A stretch of DNA of 64,000 nt from an uncultured Flavobacteriaceae bacterium (GTDB lineage Bacteria > Bacteroidota > Bacteroidia > Flavobacteriales > Flavobacteriaceae): contig CAJIZF010000003.1 of the NCBI GenBank assembly GCA_905181835.1, positions 20,074 through 84,073 on the forward strand, in the 5' to 3' direction. The notes under the pieces were generated by a model. That model made no database searches. It had not been told where the DNA came from and saw nothing but the letters and a program-made list of their open reading frames with translations. Of this stretch, positions 20,200-31,436 are shown one piece after another; within the stretch, counting starts at the first letter, position 1, and each line of letters begins with the position of its first letter. Made by a program: the position numbers and the translations under genes.

Positions 20200-23032
20200 A
20201 TGAAAAAAAACGAGGGTTTTATTGAAGTTTATGGAGCAAGAGTTCATAATTTAAAGAACATTGACATTAAAATCCCCCGTGAAAAGTTAGTTGTTATCAC
20301 AGGTCTTTCTGGAAGTGGTAAATCCTCCCTTGCTTTTGATACTATATATGCTGAAGGTCAACGACGGTATATCGAAACCTTTTCAGCTTATGCCCGACAA
20401 TTTTTGGGCGGCTTAGAGCGACCCGATGTAGATAAAATTGAAGGTCTTTCTCCCGTCATTGCCATCGAACAAAAAACAACCAGTAAAAGCCCAAGATCTA
20501 CTGTTGGTACCATTACTGAGATATACGACTTCCTAAGACTTCTTTACGCAAGAGCAAGTGATGCCTTTAGCTATAACACTGGAGAGAAAATGGTAAGTTA
20601 TAGTGACGAAAAAATTCAAGAGTTGATTTTAAATGATTTTGAAAATAAAAAGATTTCTATTTTAGCTCCAGTAGTTAGATCAAGAAAAGGTCACTATCGT
20701 GAATTATTTCAGCAAATTGCGAAGCAAGGTTTTGTAAAAGTACGTGTAGATGGAGAAGTAAAAGATATTGTTAGCGGAATGAAACTAGACCGTTACAAAA
20801 ATCATGATATCGAAATTGTAATTGATCGTCTAAAGATTTCTGCAGAATCAGCCTTAGACAAAAGACTAAGTGAATCTATTATAACTGCTATGTATCATGG
20901 AGATGACGTGTTGTTAATTTTAGATAATGAAACGAATAACACGCGTTATTTCAGTCGGTCTTTAATGTGCCAAAGCAGCGGAATATCGTATCCAAATCCT
21001 GAACCAAATAATTTTTCATTCAATTCACCCAAAGGAATGTGTACAACATGTAAAGGGTTAGGAAAATTATATGAAGTGAATGTTAATAAAATTGTTCCTG
21101 ACCAGTCTATTTCTATTGCTCAAGGTGCACTTGCACCACAAGGATCTCAGAAACAAACTTGGATTTTTAAACAGTTAGAACTTATTGCTCAACGCTATAA
21201 CTTCAAGTTGTCAGATCCTTTTAAAAAAATCCCAAAAGAAGCTATTGATGTTATTCTATATGGCTCCAATGAGAAGTTTGAAGTAGCATCTAAAACACTA
21301 GGGATCACAAGAAACTACAAAATAGAATTTGAGGGAATCGCTAATTTTATAAAAAATACTTTTGAAGATAATGAATCTAAATCTTTAAAAAGATGGGCGA
21401 AAGATTTCATGGATCATACCGATTGTAACGATTGTAAGGGTTCAAGACTTAGAAAAGAATCACTTTACTTTAAAGTAAATGGAAAAAACATATCGGAGCT
21501 TGCGCAGATGGATATATTAGAATTGGCGGATTGGTTCCATGTGGTGAAGTCTAATTTATCAAAAACTCAAATTAAAATTGGAGAAGAAATTATTAAAGAA
21601 ATAAAAACTCGATTACAATTTTTAATAGATGTTGGGCTTACCTATTTAACTCTAGACAGAAGTTCAAAATCGCTTTCAGGTGGAGAAGCGCAACGGATTC
21701 GTTTAGCTACCCAAATAGGTTCTCAATTAGTTGGAGTTTTATATATACTCGATGAGCCTAGTATTGGCCTTCATCAACGAGACAACGAAAAGTTAATTGA
21801 TTCGCTAATAAAACTGAAAAATATTGGAAACTCCGTTATTGTCGTAGAACACGATAAAGAAATGATAGAAGCTGCTGATTATGTAATCGATATTGGCCCT
21901 GCTGCAGGAAAGCACGGAGGCATAATTGACTCTAAAGGGACTCCAAAAGAAATATTAAAACATCAAACATTAACCTCTGATTATTTAAATGGCAGAAAAG
22001 AAATAGCTATTCCATCAAAAAGAAGAAAAGGAAATGGCAAGAAATTAAAATTATCTGGAGCATCAGGTCACAATCTAAAAAATGTATCCATAGAAATACC
22101 CTTAGGGAAAATGGTTGGAATAACGGGAGTGTCTGGAAGTGGAAAATCAACATTGATCAATGAAACCCTCTATCCTATTTTAAACGCATATTTTTTTAAT
22201 GGTGTAAAAAGACCTAAGCCATACAAAAAAGTAGATGGACTAAAAAACATTGATAAAGTGATCGATATCAATCAGTCGCCAATAGGTAGAACTCCTCGAT
22301 CTAATCCTGCCACTTACACCGGTGTATTCTCAGAAATAAGAAATTTATTTTCAAAAGTACCGGAAGCTATGATTCGAGGCTTATAAACCAGGTAGATTTA
22401 GTTTTAATGTTGCTGGCGGACGTTGCGAGACCTGTAAAGGTGGAGGTTTACGAGTGATAGAAATGAATTTTTTACCAGATGTTTATGTAGAATGTGAAAC
22501 TTGTCAAGGAAAACGATTTAATCGAGAAACATTAGAGATAAAATATAAAGGAAAATCTATTTACGATTTATTAGATATGACAATTGAAGACGCTTGTCCT
22601 TTGTTTGAGAATATTCCAAAAATATATAGAAAATTAAAAACTATAAAGGATGTTGGTCTTGGTTATATTACCTTAGGACAGCAATCGACCACTCTTTCTG
22701 GAGGCGAAGCACAGCGAATCAAATTAGCGACAGAATTATCAAAAAGAGACACAGGAAATACTTTCTATATATTAGATGAACCTACTACAGGACTTCATTT
22801 TGAAGACATTAGAGTTTTACTCAATGTACTGAATAAAATTGTTGACAAAGGAAATACGGTAGTTATAATTGAACATAATTTAGATGTAATAAAAACAGTA
22901 GATTACATCATTGATATTGGTCCAGAAGGAGGAAAAAGCGGTGGACAAGTATTAGCAAAAGGAACACCAGAAGAAATCATAAAAGTAAAGAAAAGCCATA
23001 CAGCCCGTTTTCTCAAAAAAGAATTAAATTAG
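20200..23032 (+). pseudogene. uvrA: Excinuclease ABC subunit A, frame interrupted at about 22381-22382
   Basis: Two ABC ATPase modules ([36 protein letters not shown] twice). The first ORF ends ...EAMIRGL followed by a stop. A +1 frame reads [35 protein letters not shown], which is the conserved zinc finger. The span of 2833 nt is 3n+1. Confidence 0.9.
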
Positions 23033-23082
23033 CAAAACAATCCCTAATAAAGATTTATTCACGGTAAAAACATTATATAACT

Positions 23083-23772
23083 ATGAAAAAAGAAAGAAAT
23101 CCAAAAAATTGGAATGAGGTTAAAACAAATGACTCTTGGGCTATTTTCAAAATCATGGGAGAATTTGTGAATGGATATGAAAAGTTAAGTAAAATTGGTC
23201 CATGCGTATCTATTTTTGGTTCTGCGAGAACCAAGCCGGATGATAAGTATTATCAATTAGCTGAAAACATAGCTAAAAATTTATCTGACAATGGATATGG
23301 AGTCATCACTGGCGGTGGCCCAGGAATTATGGAGGCAGCAAACAAAGGAGCTTATAATGCTGGAGGAACCTCGGTTGGATTAAATATAGAATTACCCTTT
23401 GAACAACACGACAACCCTTATATAGATAATGATAAAAGCATTGACTTTGATTATTTTTTTGTAAGAAAGGTAATGTTCGTGAAATACTCACAAGGTTTCG
23501 TTGTAATGCCCGGAGGGTTTGGAACTTTAGATGAACTTTTTGAAGCAATAACTTTAATACAAACTCACAAAATTGGAAAATTTCCTATTATTCTAGTTGG
23601 AAAGAAGTTTTGGAGTGGTCTAGTTGATTGGATAAAAGAAACACTTCTTGATTCTCATAACAATATTAGCAAAGAAGATTTAAATCTACTAAATATTGTT
23701 GATACAGAAAATGAAGTTATTGAAATCCTAAATGATTTCTATGAGAAATATAATTTAGAACCTAATTTTTAA
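23083..23772 (+). CDS. LOG family (TIGR00730) Rossmann-fold nucleotide-binding protein / putative nucleoside 5'-monophosphate phosphoribohydrolase
   Basis: Motifs GGGPGIMEA and PGGFGTLDELFE. Confidence 0.85.
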   Translation: MKKERNPKNWNEVKTNDSWAIFKIMGEFVNGYEKLSKIGPCVSIFGSARTKPDDKYYQLAENIAKNLSDNGYGVITGGGPGIMEAANKGAYNAGGTSVGLNIELPFEQHDNPYIDNDKSIDFDYFFVRKVMFVKYSQGFVVMPGGFGTLDELFEAITLIQTHKIGKFPIILVGKKFWSGLVDWIKETLLDSHNNISKEDLNLLNIVDTENEVIEILNDFYEKYNLEPNF

Positions 23773-23796
23773 AAAAAAGCAAACTATCCCCACCCT

Positions 23797-25029
23797 ATGA
23801 AATTTATTATATATGTAGCTGTAGCTATTTTTAGCCTCAGTTCTTTTGCACAGGAAACAGTTAATGTTATGTTTTATAATTTACTAAATTTTCCAGACGC
23901 TGCTCCTGGCGGTCGATCAGAAATATTAAGAAATATTTTCACAGAGTTCAAACCTGATTTATTTCTAGTCTGTGAACTACAAAATGAAAGGGGCGCCGAT
24001 GAAATTTTAAATATTTCTCTAAATTACAATACTAATAATTACTCGCGTACCGATTTTGTTGCCAATCAATCTGGAAGTAATAGTTTACAACAATTATTAT
24101 ATTACAGAAACGAAAAGTTTTTATTAGAATCATCTGAAATATTACTAACACCATTAAGAGACATAAATAAATATGTATTAAAATTAAACACCTTAGATCA
24201 AGCCTCCGATCCAATATTAATCTATATTTATGTTGCTCATTTAAAATCTAGTCAAGGATCATCAAACGAAGATCTTCGTTTGGAAATGGTAAATGAGTTC
24301 ACCGATGATTTAGAAAATTTAGATTCTAATTCTTTTGTATTGTTTGCAGGAGATTTTAACTTATACTCATCCGAAGAGCCTGCATATCAAGAAATTTTAG
24401 ATGCAAGTAATGCTATTGTCATGGTAGATCCAATAAACACACCTGGCACTTGGCACAATAACGAAAATTTTCAAGATATTCACACACAAAGTACGCGATT
24501 AGGTTCAGGTCCAAATGGTGGTGCAAGTGGAGGACTTGACGATCGCTTTGATTTTATTACAATTTCTGAAAACATAATCACTAATCAAAATATTAAGTAT
24601 GTTCCAGAGAGTTACAAAGCTCTCGGAAATAATGCGAATTGTTTTAACTTAAATATTAGTGACGAGACCTGTACTGGTGAATATAGTCAGACATTAAGGA
24701 ATCAGTTGTATAGCATGAGTGATCATCTCCCGGTAATAATGAAATTGGAAACCACGAAAGAATTTGTTCTAAACAATCAAGATTTTTCATTTGTTGAAGA
24801 TTTAAAAATTTATAATACACTAGTATCTGACAATTTAACATTGGTAATACAAAACTCATTACAAAATAGAGCATCCATTCATATATTCAACATGTTGGGA
24901 CAAAAAGTAAAAACAATAATTACAAACAATAATAATACTATCCAAATTGATACTTCAGATTTAGAAAGTGGTCTGTATTTTTTGATATCTGATGAATTAA
25001 ATGGGATTCAAAAATTTTTAAAAATATAA
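23797..25029 (+). CDS. Secreted endonuclease/exonuclease/phosphatase (EEP) family protein with a T9SS C-terminal sorting domain
   Basis: Signal peptide ending SFAQ. EEP-like motifs (MFYNLLNF, LVCELQ, GDFNLYS, SDHLPV). The C-terminal ~80 aa (IHIFNMLGQKV...GLYFLISD...KFLKI) resemble a Por/T9SS sorting domain. Confidence 0.7.
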   Translation: MKFIIYVAVAIFSLSSFAQETVNVMFYNLLNFPDAAPGGRSEILRNIFTEFKPDLFLVCELQNERGADEILNISLNYNTNNYSRTDFVANQSGSNSLQQLLYYRNEKFLLESSEILLTPLRDINKYVLKLNTLDQASDPILIYIYVAHLKSSQGSSNEDLRLEMVNEFTDDLENLDSNSFVLFAGDFNLYSSEEPAYQEILDASNAIVMVDPINTPGTWHNNENFQDIHTQSTRLGSGPNGGASGGLDDRFDFITISENIITNQNIKYVPESYKALGNNANCFNLNISDETCTGEYSQTLRNQLYSMSDHLPVIMKLETTKEFVLNNQDFSFVEDLKIYNTLVSDNLTLVIQNSLQNRASIHIFNMLGQKVKTIITNNNNTIQIDTSDLESGLYFLISDELNGIQKFLKI

Positions 25030-25033
25030 TTAG

Positions 25034-27847
25034 CACTCAAAAGAATACATATCATTTGTATTTTTTTTTATTGTTACGCTGGTTCACGCGCAACATCAAA
25101 TTAGCATTAATGCATCTTTAGTACCCGAATCAAAATCTATAGTAATTGAACAAGAATTAGTTTATGAAAATAATTCTGATTCAACTTTAACTGAAATATA
25201 CTTAAATGATTGGGCTAACAGTTTTTCAAGTAAAACCACTCCGCTTGCAAAAAGATTTGCCGAAAATTATCAAGCTTCTTTCCATTTTGAGAATAATAAA
25301 AATAGAGGGCATACTAAAATATTAAAAATCAATAACAGTATTGATGAATCTTTAAATTGGAGTAGACACAGTCAATTAGATATTATTAAAGTAGAGCTGG
25401 ACGAAAGATTATTGCCTGGTGAATCATGTATTCTAAAATTAGAATATAAAATTATTTTACCCGACGATAAGTTTACGCGTTATGGTATTGCTAAAAATGG
25501 AGCTATTAAAGTCAGATACTGGTATTTGTCACCAGCGGTATTCGACAAAAAATGGCAGATATATAGCAATAAAGATTTAAATGATTTATACCTCGCTCCA
25601 AGTACTTTTAAGATTAGGTTTAAGACTCCAGAAAATTATGAATTAATCTCCGATTTAAATGTAATATCAGAAAGTATTGATAACAAAACAAAGATAACTC
25701 AACTAGAAGGGAATCACAGAATAAATGTGAAATTACAATTTTTAAAAGTTTCTAACTATCAAGCACTAGAAACTGATAAATTTTTAGTTTCAACAAATCA
25801 TAGTCATAAAAAAATAACGCCAATATCACAGGCATTAATAATTGACAGAATCACTCATTTTTTAGATAAAAATTTAGGTGAGTACCCTCATGATAAGATG
25901 ATCATAAGCGAAATAGACTATGAGCGAAATCCTGTTTATGGTTTAAACTTATTGCCTGAGTTTATTAGCCCTTTCCCTGAAGGTTTTGAGTATGATATTG
26001 AAATGTTAAAAATAATGACTCGAACCTATCTAGAAAATACTCTTATAATTAATCCTCGAAAAGAGCATTGGCTAATTGGTGCATTTCAAGTCTATTTGAT
26101 GATTCATTATATAGATACCTATTATCCAACTATGAAACTAGCAGGTAATTTGAGTAATCTTTGGGTATTAAAATTTTTTCATGCTTCCGAATTAGCTTTT
26201 AATGAACAGTATTCATTTCTATATATGAATATGGCGAAGTATAATCTTCATCAAAAAAATACGGTTGCTAAAGATTCGTTACTAAAATTTAATAAAGACA
26301 TCGCTAGTGACTATCATGCCGGTAGTGGATTGGTTTATCTTTCTGCATATATTGGTAAAGAACCCGTATTAAAGTCCATCAAAGAGTTTTATGTTGAAAA
26401 TAAATTAAGCCTAGTTACAGCCATAGATTTTAAAGAAAATTTACAAAAAAACACTAACAAACCAATTGATTGGTTTTTTAAAGATTACATTGATAATCGA
26501 AGTAGCATTGATTTTAAATTAAAAAATTTAGTGCCTCTAAAAGATTCTTTAAAAATTGATATCATCCATAAAAAAAACACCAAACTCCCTGTATCAATTT
26601 ATGGTCTCAATAAGCAAAAAATTATATTCAAGAAATGGCTTGACCCATTTGACTCCTTAGTTACTGTAAAAATACCTACTAAGAATATTAAAAGAATTGC
26701 AGTGAATTTCGAAGGTGAAATTCCAGAAATAAATCAAAGAAATAATTATAAGAAAATAAAAGGACTAGCCAATAAACCATTTCAGGTTCGACTTTTTAAG
26801 GATGTGGAAGACCCACGTTACAATCAACTTTTTATAATGCCCGCCTATAATTATAATATTTATGATGGGATTACAATTGGTTCCAAGTTCTATAACAAAG
26901 CTGTTTTAAGAAAACCTTTTCAATATAAAATAACTCCCATGTGGGCACTAAAATCAACCAAATTAGTTGGTAGTGGATCTGTTTTGTATAAGAAAATGCC
27001 AGAGTTTGGAAATTTATATTTCTATAGAGTTGGTTTTTCCGGAAGTTATTATTCTTATGATAGTGACTTATTCTATAAAAGATTTAGCCCTTTTGCTTCA
27101 GTAGGTTTTAGAGATAGTAAAGATTTAAGAAATAATAAGAAACATATAATCAATATTAGGAATGTTACAGTAGACCGAGATAAAAACCCAAACGTAGCGC
27201 TTGAATCTCCCAACTACAGCGTTTTTGACATCAATTATGTGTATTCAAATCCAAACTTGATTAATTATTATAGGGCTAGTGTTGATTATCAGGTATCTGC
27301 TGATTTTAGTAAAATTTCAACAACTTTAAATTATAGAAAATTATTTAATAATAATCGTAAAATTGATGTCCGCCTTTTTACTGGAATTTTTATAAAAAAC
27401 AATACAAAGCTAGACGATCATTATTTTAGTTTTGCTTTAGACCGACCCACAGATTATTTATTTGATTTCAATTATTATGGAAGAAGTGATGCTTCTGGTT
27501 TATTTAGTCAGCAGTTAATTATTGCTGAAGGTGGTTTTAAATCAAAATTACAGCCTGCATTTTCAAATACTTGGATGGCTACGCTTAACCTAAGTACCAA
27601 CATTTGGAGATGGATTCAAGCTTATGGTGATCTAGGTTGGATAAATAATAAAAACCAAGGAACTGAAGTTGTTTATGACAGTGGAATACGTCTCAGTTTG
27701 GTAGAAGATTATTTTGAATTATTTTTTCCGGTATACTCAAACCTTGGTTGGGAAATAGCTCAACCTAGATACGATCAAAAGATACGGTTTATCGTTACGC
27801 TTGACGTTAAAACACTTTTTGGTTTGTTTACAAGAAAATGGTATTAA
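25034..27847 (+). CDS. Large secreted hypothetical protein, aminopeptidase-N (M1)-like N-terminal half without HEXXH, start codon unresolved
   Basis: The frame is open from 25034 and encodes a signal-like KEYISFVFFFIVTLVHAQ, but there is no ATG before 25412. A T9 homopolymer sits at 25061-25069. The segment HWLIGAFQVYL resembles the M1 (WLNEGFA) region. The C-terminus ends in an aromatic residue (KWY). Confidence 0.5.
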   Translation, partial: HSKEYISFVFFFIVTLVHAQHQISINASLVPESKSIVIEQELVYENNSDSTLTEIYLNDWANSFSSKTTPLAKRFAENYQASFHFENNKNRGHTKILKINNSIDESLNWSRHSQLDIIKVELDERLLPGESCILKLEYKIILPDDKFTRYGIAKNGAIKVRYWYLSPAVFDKKWQIYSNKDLNDLYLAPSTFKIRFKTPENYELISDLNVISESIDNKTKITQLEGNHRINVKLQFLKVSNYQALETDKFLVSTNHSHKKITPISQALIIDRITHFLDKNLGEYPHDKMIISEIDYERNPVYGLNLLPEFISPFPEGFEYDIEMLKIMTRTYLENTLIINPRKEHWLIGAFQVYLMIHYIDTYYPTMKLAGNLSNLWVLKFFHASELAFNEQYSFLYMNMAKYNLHQKNTVAKDSLLKFNKDIASDYHAGSGLVYLSAYIGKEPVLKSIKEFYVENKLSLVTAIDFKENLQKNTNKPIDWFFKDYIDNRSSIDFKLKNLVPLKDSLKIDIIHKKNTKLPVSIYGLNKQKIIFKKWLDPFDSLVTVKIPTKNIKRIAVNFEGEIPEINQRNNYKKIKGLANKPFQVRLFKDVEDPRYNQLFIMPAYNYNIYDGITIGSKFYNKAVLRKPFQYKITPMWALKSTKLVGSGSVLYKKMPEFGNLYFYRVGFSGSYYSYDSDLFYKRFSPFASVGFRDSKDLRNNKKHIINIRNVTVDRDKNPNVALESPNYSVFDINYVYSNPNLINYYRASVDYQVSADFSKISTTLNYRKLFNNNRKIDVRLFTGIFIKNNTKLDDHYFSFALDRPTDYLFDFNYYGRSDASGLFSQQLIIAEGGFKSKLQPAFSNTWMATLNLSTNIWRWIQAYGDLGWINNKNQGTEVVYDSGIRLSLVEDYFELFFPVYSNLGWEIAQPRYDQKIRFIVTLDVKTLFGLFTRKWY

Positions 27848-28130
27848 TAAATCTTAGCTTTAGTTGGTTAAAACTTATGATATATAACAATGTTTATATA
27901 AAATTTTGCGTATTAAAATTTGAAATAACTATATTAACATTAATGAAAGATAAATATTTTAAGAAAAAGTTTATTTAAAGCAAAAAATGAAAATTGTATA
28001 AAATTTTGTTTTTTACTATTTTTTTTAAATAATAAAGTTGAAATAAAAGATTCGGTAAAAGTTGTAGACAAATAATAAACTAACATTCGAAGATTTTAAG
28101 AAGGAAGTTTTAAGTGATTATAAAACTGCT

Positions 28131-30461
28131 GTGACAAGTCGAGAATGCAGTTATTTAGGACGAAGGGAGGTTTTAACTGGAAAGGCGAAGTTTGGAATTT
28201 TTGGAGACGGAAAGGAAGTCCCTCAACTTGCTTGGGCAAAGGCATTCAAAAATGGTGACTGGAGGAGTGGGTATTATAGAGATCAAACCTTTATGATGGC
28301 GATAGGCAAATTAACCATCCAACAATTTTTTGCAGGTTTGTACGCGCACACAGATCAAAAAGCTGATCCTATGAGTGCTGGAAGACAAATGGGAGGTCAT
28401 TTTTCAACACATAGTTTAAATGAAGATAATTCTTGGAAAAACCTGGTTAAACAAAAAAACAGTAGTCCTGATATTTCTCCAACAGCAGGACAAATGCCAA
28501 GATTGGTTGGTTTAGCACAAGCTTCAAAAATATACAGGAATCAAACAGGCTTAGAAAACTTTACTTCTTTTACTAATAATGGAAATGAGGTTGCTTGGGG
28601 CACTATAGGGAATGCTAGTACTAGTGAAGGGTTGTTTTGGGAATCAATCAATGCTGCAGGAGTACTTCAAATACCTATGGTAGTGAATGTTTGGGATGAT
28701 GATTACGGAATATCCGTCCACGCTAAATATCAGACTACCAAAGAAAATATTTCAGAAATTTTAAAGGGATTTCAAAGATCAGAGGATTCTAATGGATATG
28801 AAATTATAAAAGTTCGTGGATGGGATTATCCGAATTTGGTAGAGGCCTATCAAAAAGCTTCAAAAATAGCTAGAGAAGAACATGTCCCGGTACTAATACA
28901 TGTTAATGAGCTTACGCAGCCACAAGGACACTCAACGAGTGGATCACATGAACGATATAAGGATAAAAATAGATTGAATTGGGAGAAAGAATATGATTGT
29001 AATGTCAAAATGCGAGAGTGGATCGTGGAGAACAACCTTGCTACTGAAGAAGAATTAACAACTATTGAAAAAACAATAAAAAAAGAAGTCAGGGAAGGAA
29101 AAAATGCCGCATGGAAAGCTTTTTTAAAGCCTCAAATTGAGGAACAAAAAGAAGCCTTAACACTTATTAATAATGTAGCGGAACAAAGTGCTAATAAGGT
29201 ATTTATAGATACCATTTCCTCAGCTTTATATGCTAGAAAAGAGCCTTTACGTAGAGAAATTATAGGTGCTGCCAGAAAAACACTTCGCTACTTGATTGGT
29301 GAAAACTCAGTTGAAAAGAAACAATTAAAAGATTGGATCGAAAATTATTTTGAATTAATAGAACCTAAATATAGTGCTCATTTATATTCAGAAGCTAGTG
29401 ATAATGCTTCAACTATTCAGGAAGTTAAACCAATCTATGATGAGTCATCAGAAGATGTCGATGCCAGAATTTTACTTAGAGATAATTTTGATGCAATTTT
29501 AACAAAATATCCTGAGGTGGTCATTTTTGGAGAAGATAGTGGAACAATTGGCGACGTAAATCAGGGCCTAGAAGGGCTTCAAAATAAATTTGGAGAAATT
29601 CGCGTTACTGATACTGGAATTAGGGAAGCTACTATATTAGGGCAAGGAATTGGGATGTCGATGCGAGGGTTACGTCCTATCGCCGAAATTCAGTATTTAG
29701 ACTACATTCTTTATTGCTTGCAAATTATGAGTGATGATCTAGCAACAGTAAGATACCGCACTAATGGGAAGCAAAAAGCACCCCTAATCGTAAGAACTCG
29801 TGGGCACCGATTGGAAGGTATTTGGCACAGTGGATCACAAATGGGAGGATTAATTCATTTGTTACGTGGTATGTACATATTAGTCCCAAGAAATATGACC
29901 AAAGCAGTAGGTTTTTACAATACACTTTTAAAAACGGACGAACCGGCACTAGTTATTGAATGTCTAAACGGTTACAGGTTAAAAGAAAAAATGCCTATTA
30001 ACTTAAATGAAATAACGACACCTATTGGAGTAGTTGAGACTGTTAAAAATGGAACTGATATTACCTTGGTTTCCTACGGAAGTACGTTGCGTATCGTTCA
30101 AGAAGCGTCTTTAGAATTACAAGAGGTTGGAATAAGCACAGAGGTTATAGATATTCAATCGCTATTACCCTTAGATTTAAATCATGATATAGTAAAAAGT
30201 ATTGCAAAAACAAATAGACTACTAGTCATCGATGAGGATGTACCTGGAGGTGCTTCGTCATACATAATGCAACATATACTAGATATACAAAATGGTTATC
30301 AATACTTAGATAGTAAACCTCAAACCTTAACTGCCAAACAACATCGTCCTGCTTATGGAACAGATGGCGATTATTTTTCAAAACCACAAGTAGAAGATGT
30401 ATTTGAAAAAGTATACGATATAATGAACGAAGTAAATCCAAATGATTTTCCAAAAATGTAA
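28131..30461 (+). CDS. Fused alpha/beta E1 component of a TPP-dependent 2-oxoacid dehydrogenase, 5' end uncertain
   Basis: SRECSYLGRREVLTGKAKFGIFGDGKE at the N-terminus and a transketolase-like pyrimidine-binding/C-terminal beta-subunit half (DTGIREATILGQGIGMS...). The same frame is open from 28068 (NNKLTFEDFKKEVLSDYKTAV) with no ATG. Confidence 0.8.
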   Translation: MTSRECSYLGRREVLTGKAKFGIFGDGKEVPQLAWAKAFKNGDWRSGYYRDQTFMMAIGKLTIQQFFAGLYAHTDQKADPMSAGRQMGGHFSTHSLNEDNSWKNLVKQKNSSPDISPTAGQMPRLVGLAQASKIYRNQTGLENFTSFTNNGNEVAWGTIGNASTSEGLFWESINAAGVLQIPMVVNVWDDDYGISVHAKYQTTKENISEILKGFQRSEDSNGYEIIKVRGWDYPNLVEAYQKASKIAREEHVPVLIHVNELTQPQGHSTSGSHERYKDKNRLNWEKEYDCNVKMREWIVENNLATEEELTTIEKTIKKEVREGKNAAWKAFLKPQIEEQKEALTLINNVAEQSANKVFIDTISSALYARKEPLRREIIGAARKTLRYLIGENSVEKKQLKDWIENYFELIEPKYSAHLYSEASDNASTIQEVKPIYDESSEDVDARILLRDNFDAILTKYPEVVIFGEDSGTIGDVNQGLEGLQNKFGEIRVTDTGIREATILGQGIGMSMRGLRPIAEIQYLDYILYCLQIMSDDLATVRYRTNGKQKAPLIVRTRGHRLEGIWHSGSQMGGLIHLLRGMYILVPRNMTKAVGFYNTLLKTDEPALVIECLNGYRLKEKMPINLNEITTPIGVVETVKNGTDITLVSYGSTLRIVQEASLELQEVGISTEVIDIQSLLPLDLNHDIVKSIAKTNRLLVIDEDVPGGASSYIMQHILDIQNGYQYLDSKPQTLTAKQHRPAYGTDGDYFSKPQVEDVFEKVYDIMNEVNPNDFPKM

Positions 30462-30596
30462 TATTTTATTTTATCTTAGCAGGAGAAATAGGAAAAAACC
30501 GATTATGTTTTCAACTAATTTAAATAACTATAAATACTACATTAACAAAAACTTGTCGAAATATATAAGCTTATTAATTTACAATTTCGAAACTCA

Positions 30597-31436
30597 TTAA
30601 GGAAGCCATTTTTTTTTGAAGTTTGGCTTTCTTTTTTCTAAAAAAGCATCACGTCCTTCCTTAGCTTCATCGGTCATATAAGCAAGACGTGTTGCTTCAC
30701 CTGCAAATACTTGTTGCCCTACCATACCATCATCAGTCAAATTCATTGCGAATTTTAGCATTTTGATGGAAGTGGGTGATTTAGCTAGTATCTCTTGTGC
30801 CCACTCAAAGGCAGTATCTTCTAGCTCTTCATGAGGAATAACTGCATTGACCATTCCCATTTCAAAAGCTTCAAGTGCCGAATAGTTTCTTCCTAAAAAA
30901 AATATCTCACGTGCCTTTTTCTGACCCACCATCTTGGCAAGATAAGCACTTCCATAACCTCCATCAAAACTGGTTACATCTGCGTCAGTTTGTTTAAATA
31001 TAGCATGTTCTTTACTAGCTAGTGTTATATCACAAACTACATGTAAACTGTGACCTCCTCCCACTGCCCAACCAGGAACTACACAAATTACTACCTTGGG
31101 CATAAATCGAATCATACGTTGTAAATCTAAAATATTGAGTCGATGATAGCCATCTTCTCCAACATAACCCTGATGACCTCTTGCTTTTTGATCACCACCA
31201 CTACAAAAACTATAAACACCATCTTTAGAAGATGGGCCTTCTGCGGAAAGTAGAACTACACCAATTGATGTATCTTCTTGTGCATCATAAAAAGCATCCA
31301 GTAATTCACTCGTAGTTTTTGGTCGGAAAGCATTACGAACATTAGGGCGGTTAAATGCAACTCTAGCTACACCTTGACTTTTTTTGTAGGTAATGTCTTC
31401 ATATTTCTTGACAGTTTTCCAATTTGGAGATTTCAT
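30597..31436 (-). CDS. menB: 1,4-dihydroxy-2-naphthoyl-CoA synthase
   Basis: Crotonase fold with FCSGGDQKARG and the very conserved MenB termini (ITYKKSQGVARVAFNRPNVRNAFRP ... DAFLEKRKPNF). Confidence 0.92.
   Translation of the reverse strand: MKSPNWKTVKKYEDITYKKSQGVARVAFNRPNVRNAFRPKTTSELLDAFYDAQEDTSIGVVLLSAEGPSSKDGVYSFCSGGDQKARGHQGYVGEDGYHRLNILDLQRMIRFMPKVVICVVPGWAVGGGHSLHVVCDITLASKEHAIFKQTDADVTSFDGGYGSAYLAKMVGQKKAREIFFLGRNYSALEAFEMGMVNAVIPHEELEDTAFEWAQEILAKSPTSIKMLKFAMNLTDDGMVGQQVFAGEATRLAYMTDEAKEGRDAFLEKRKPNFKKKWLP

Noticed and set aside
27848-28067. The 283-bp very AT-rich spacer before the E1 gene, considered as a possible degraded mobile element or ncRNA.
   Set aside because: It has no terminal inverted repeats, direct repeats or stable hairpins. 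It is most simply the promoter plus a mis-framed 5' coding end of the E1 gene.
30504-30599. A 31-codon ORF (MFSTNLNNYKYYINKNL...) in the E1/menB intergenic region.
   Set aside because: It is AT-rich and low-complexity, overlaps the menB stop on the opposite strand, and has no supporting features.
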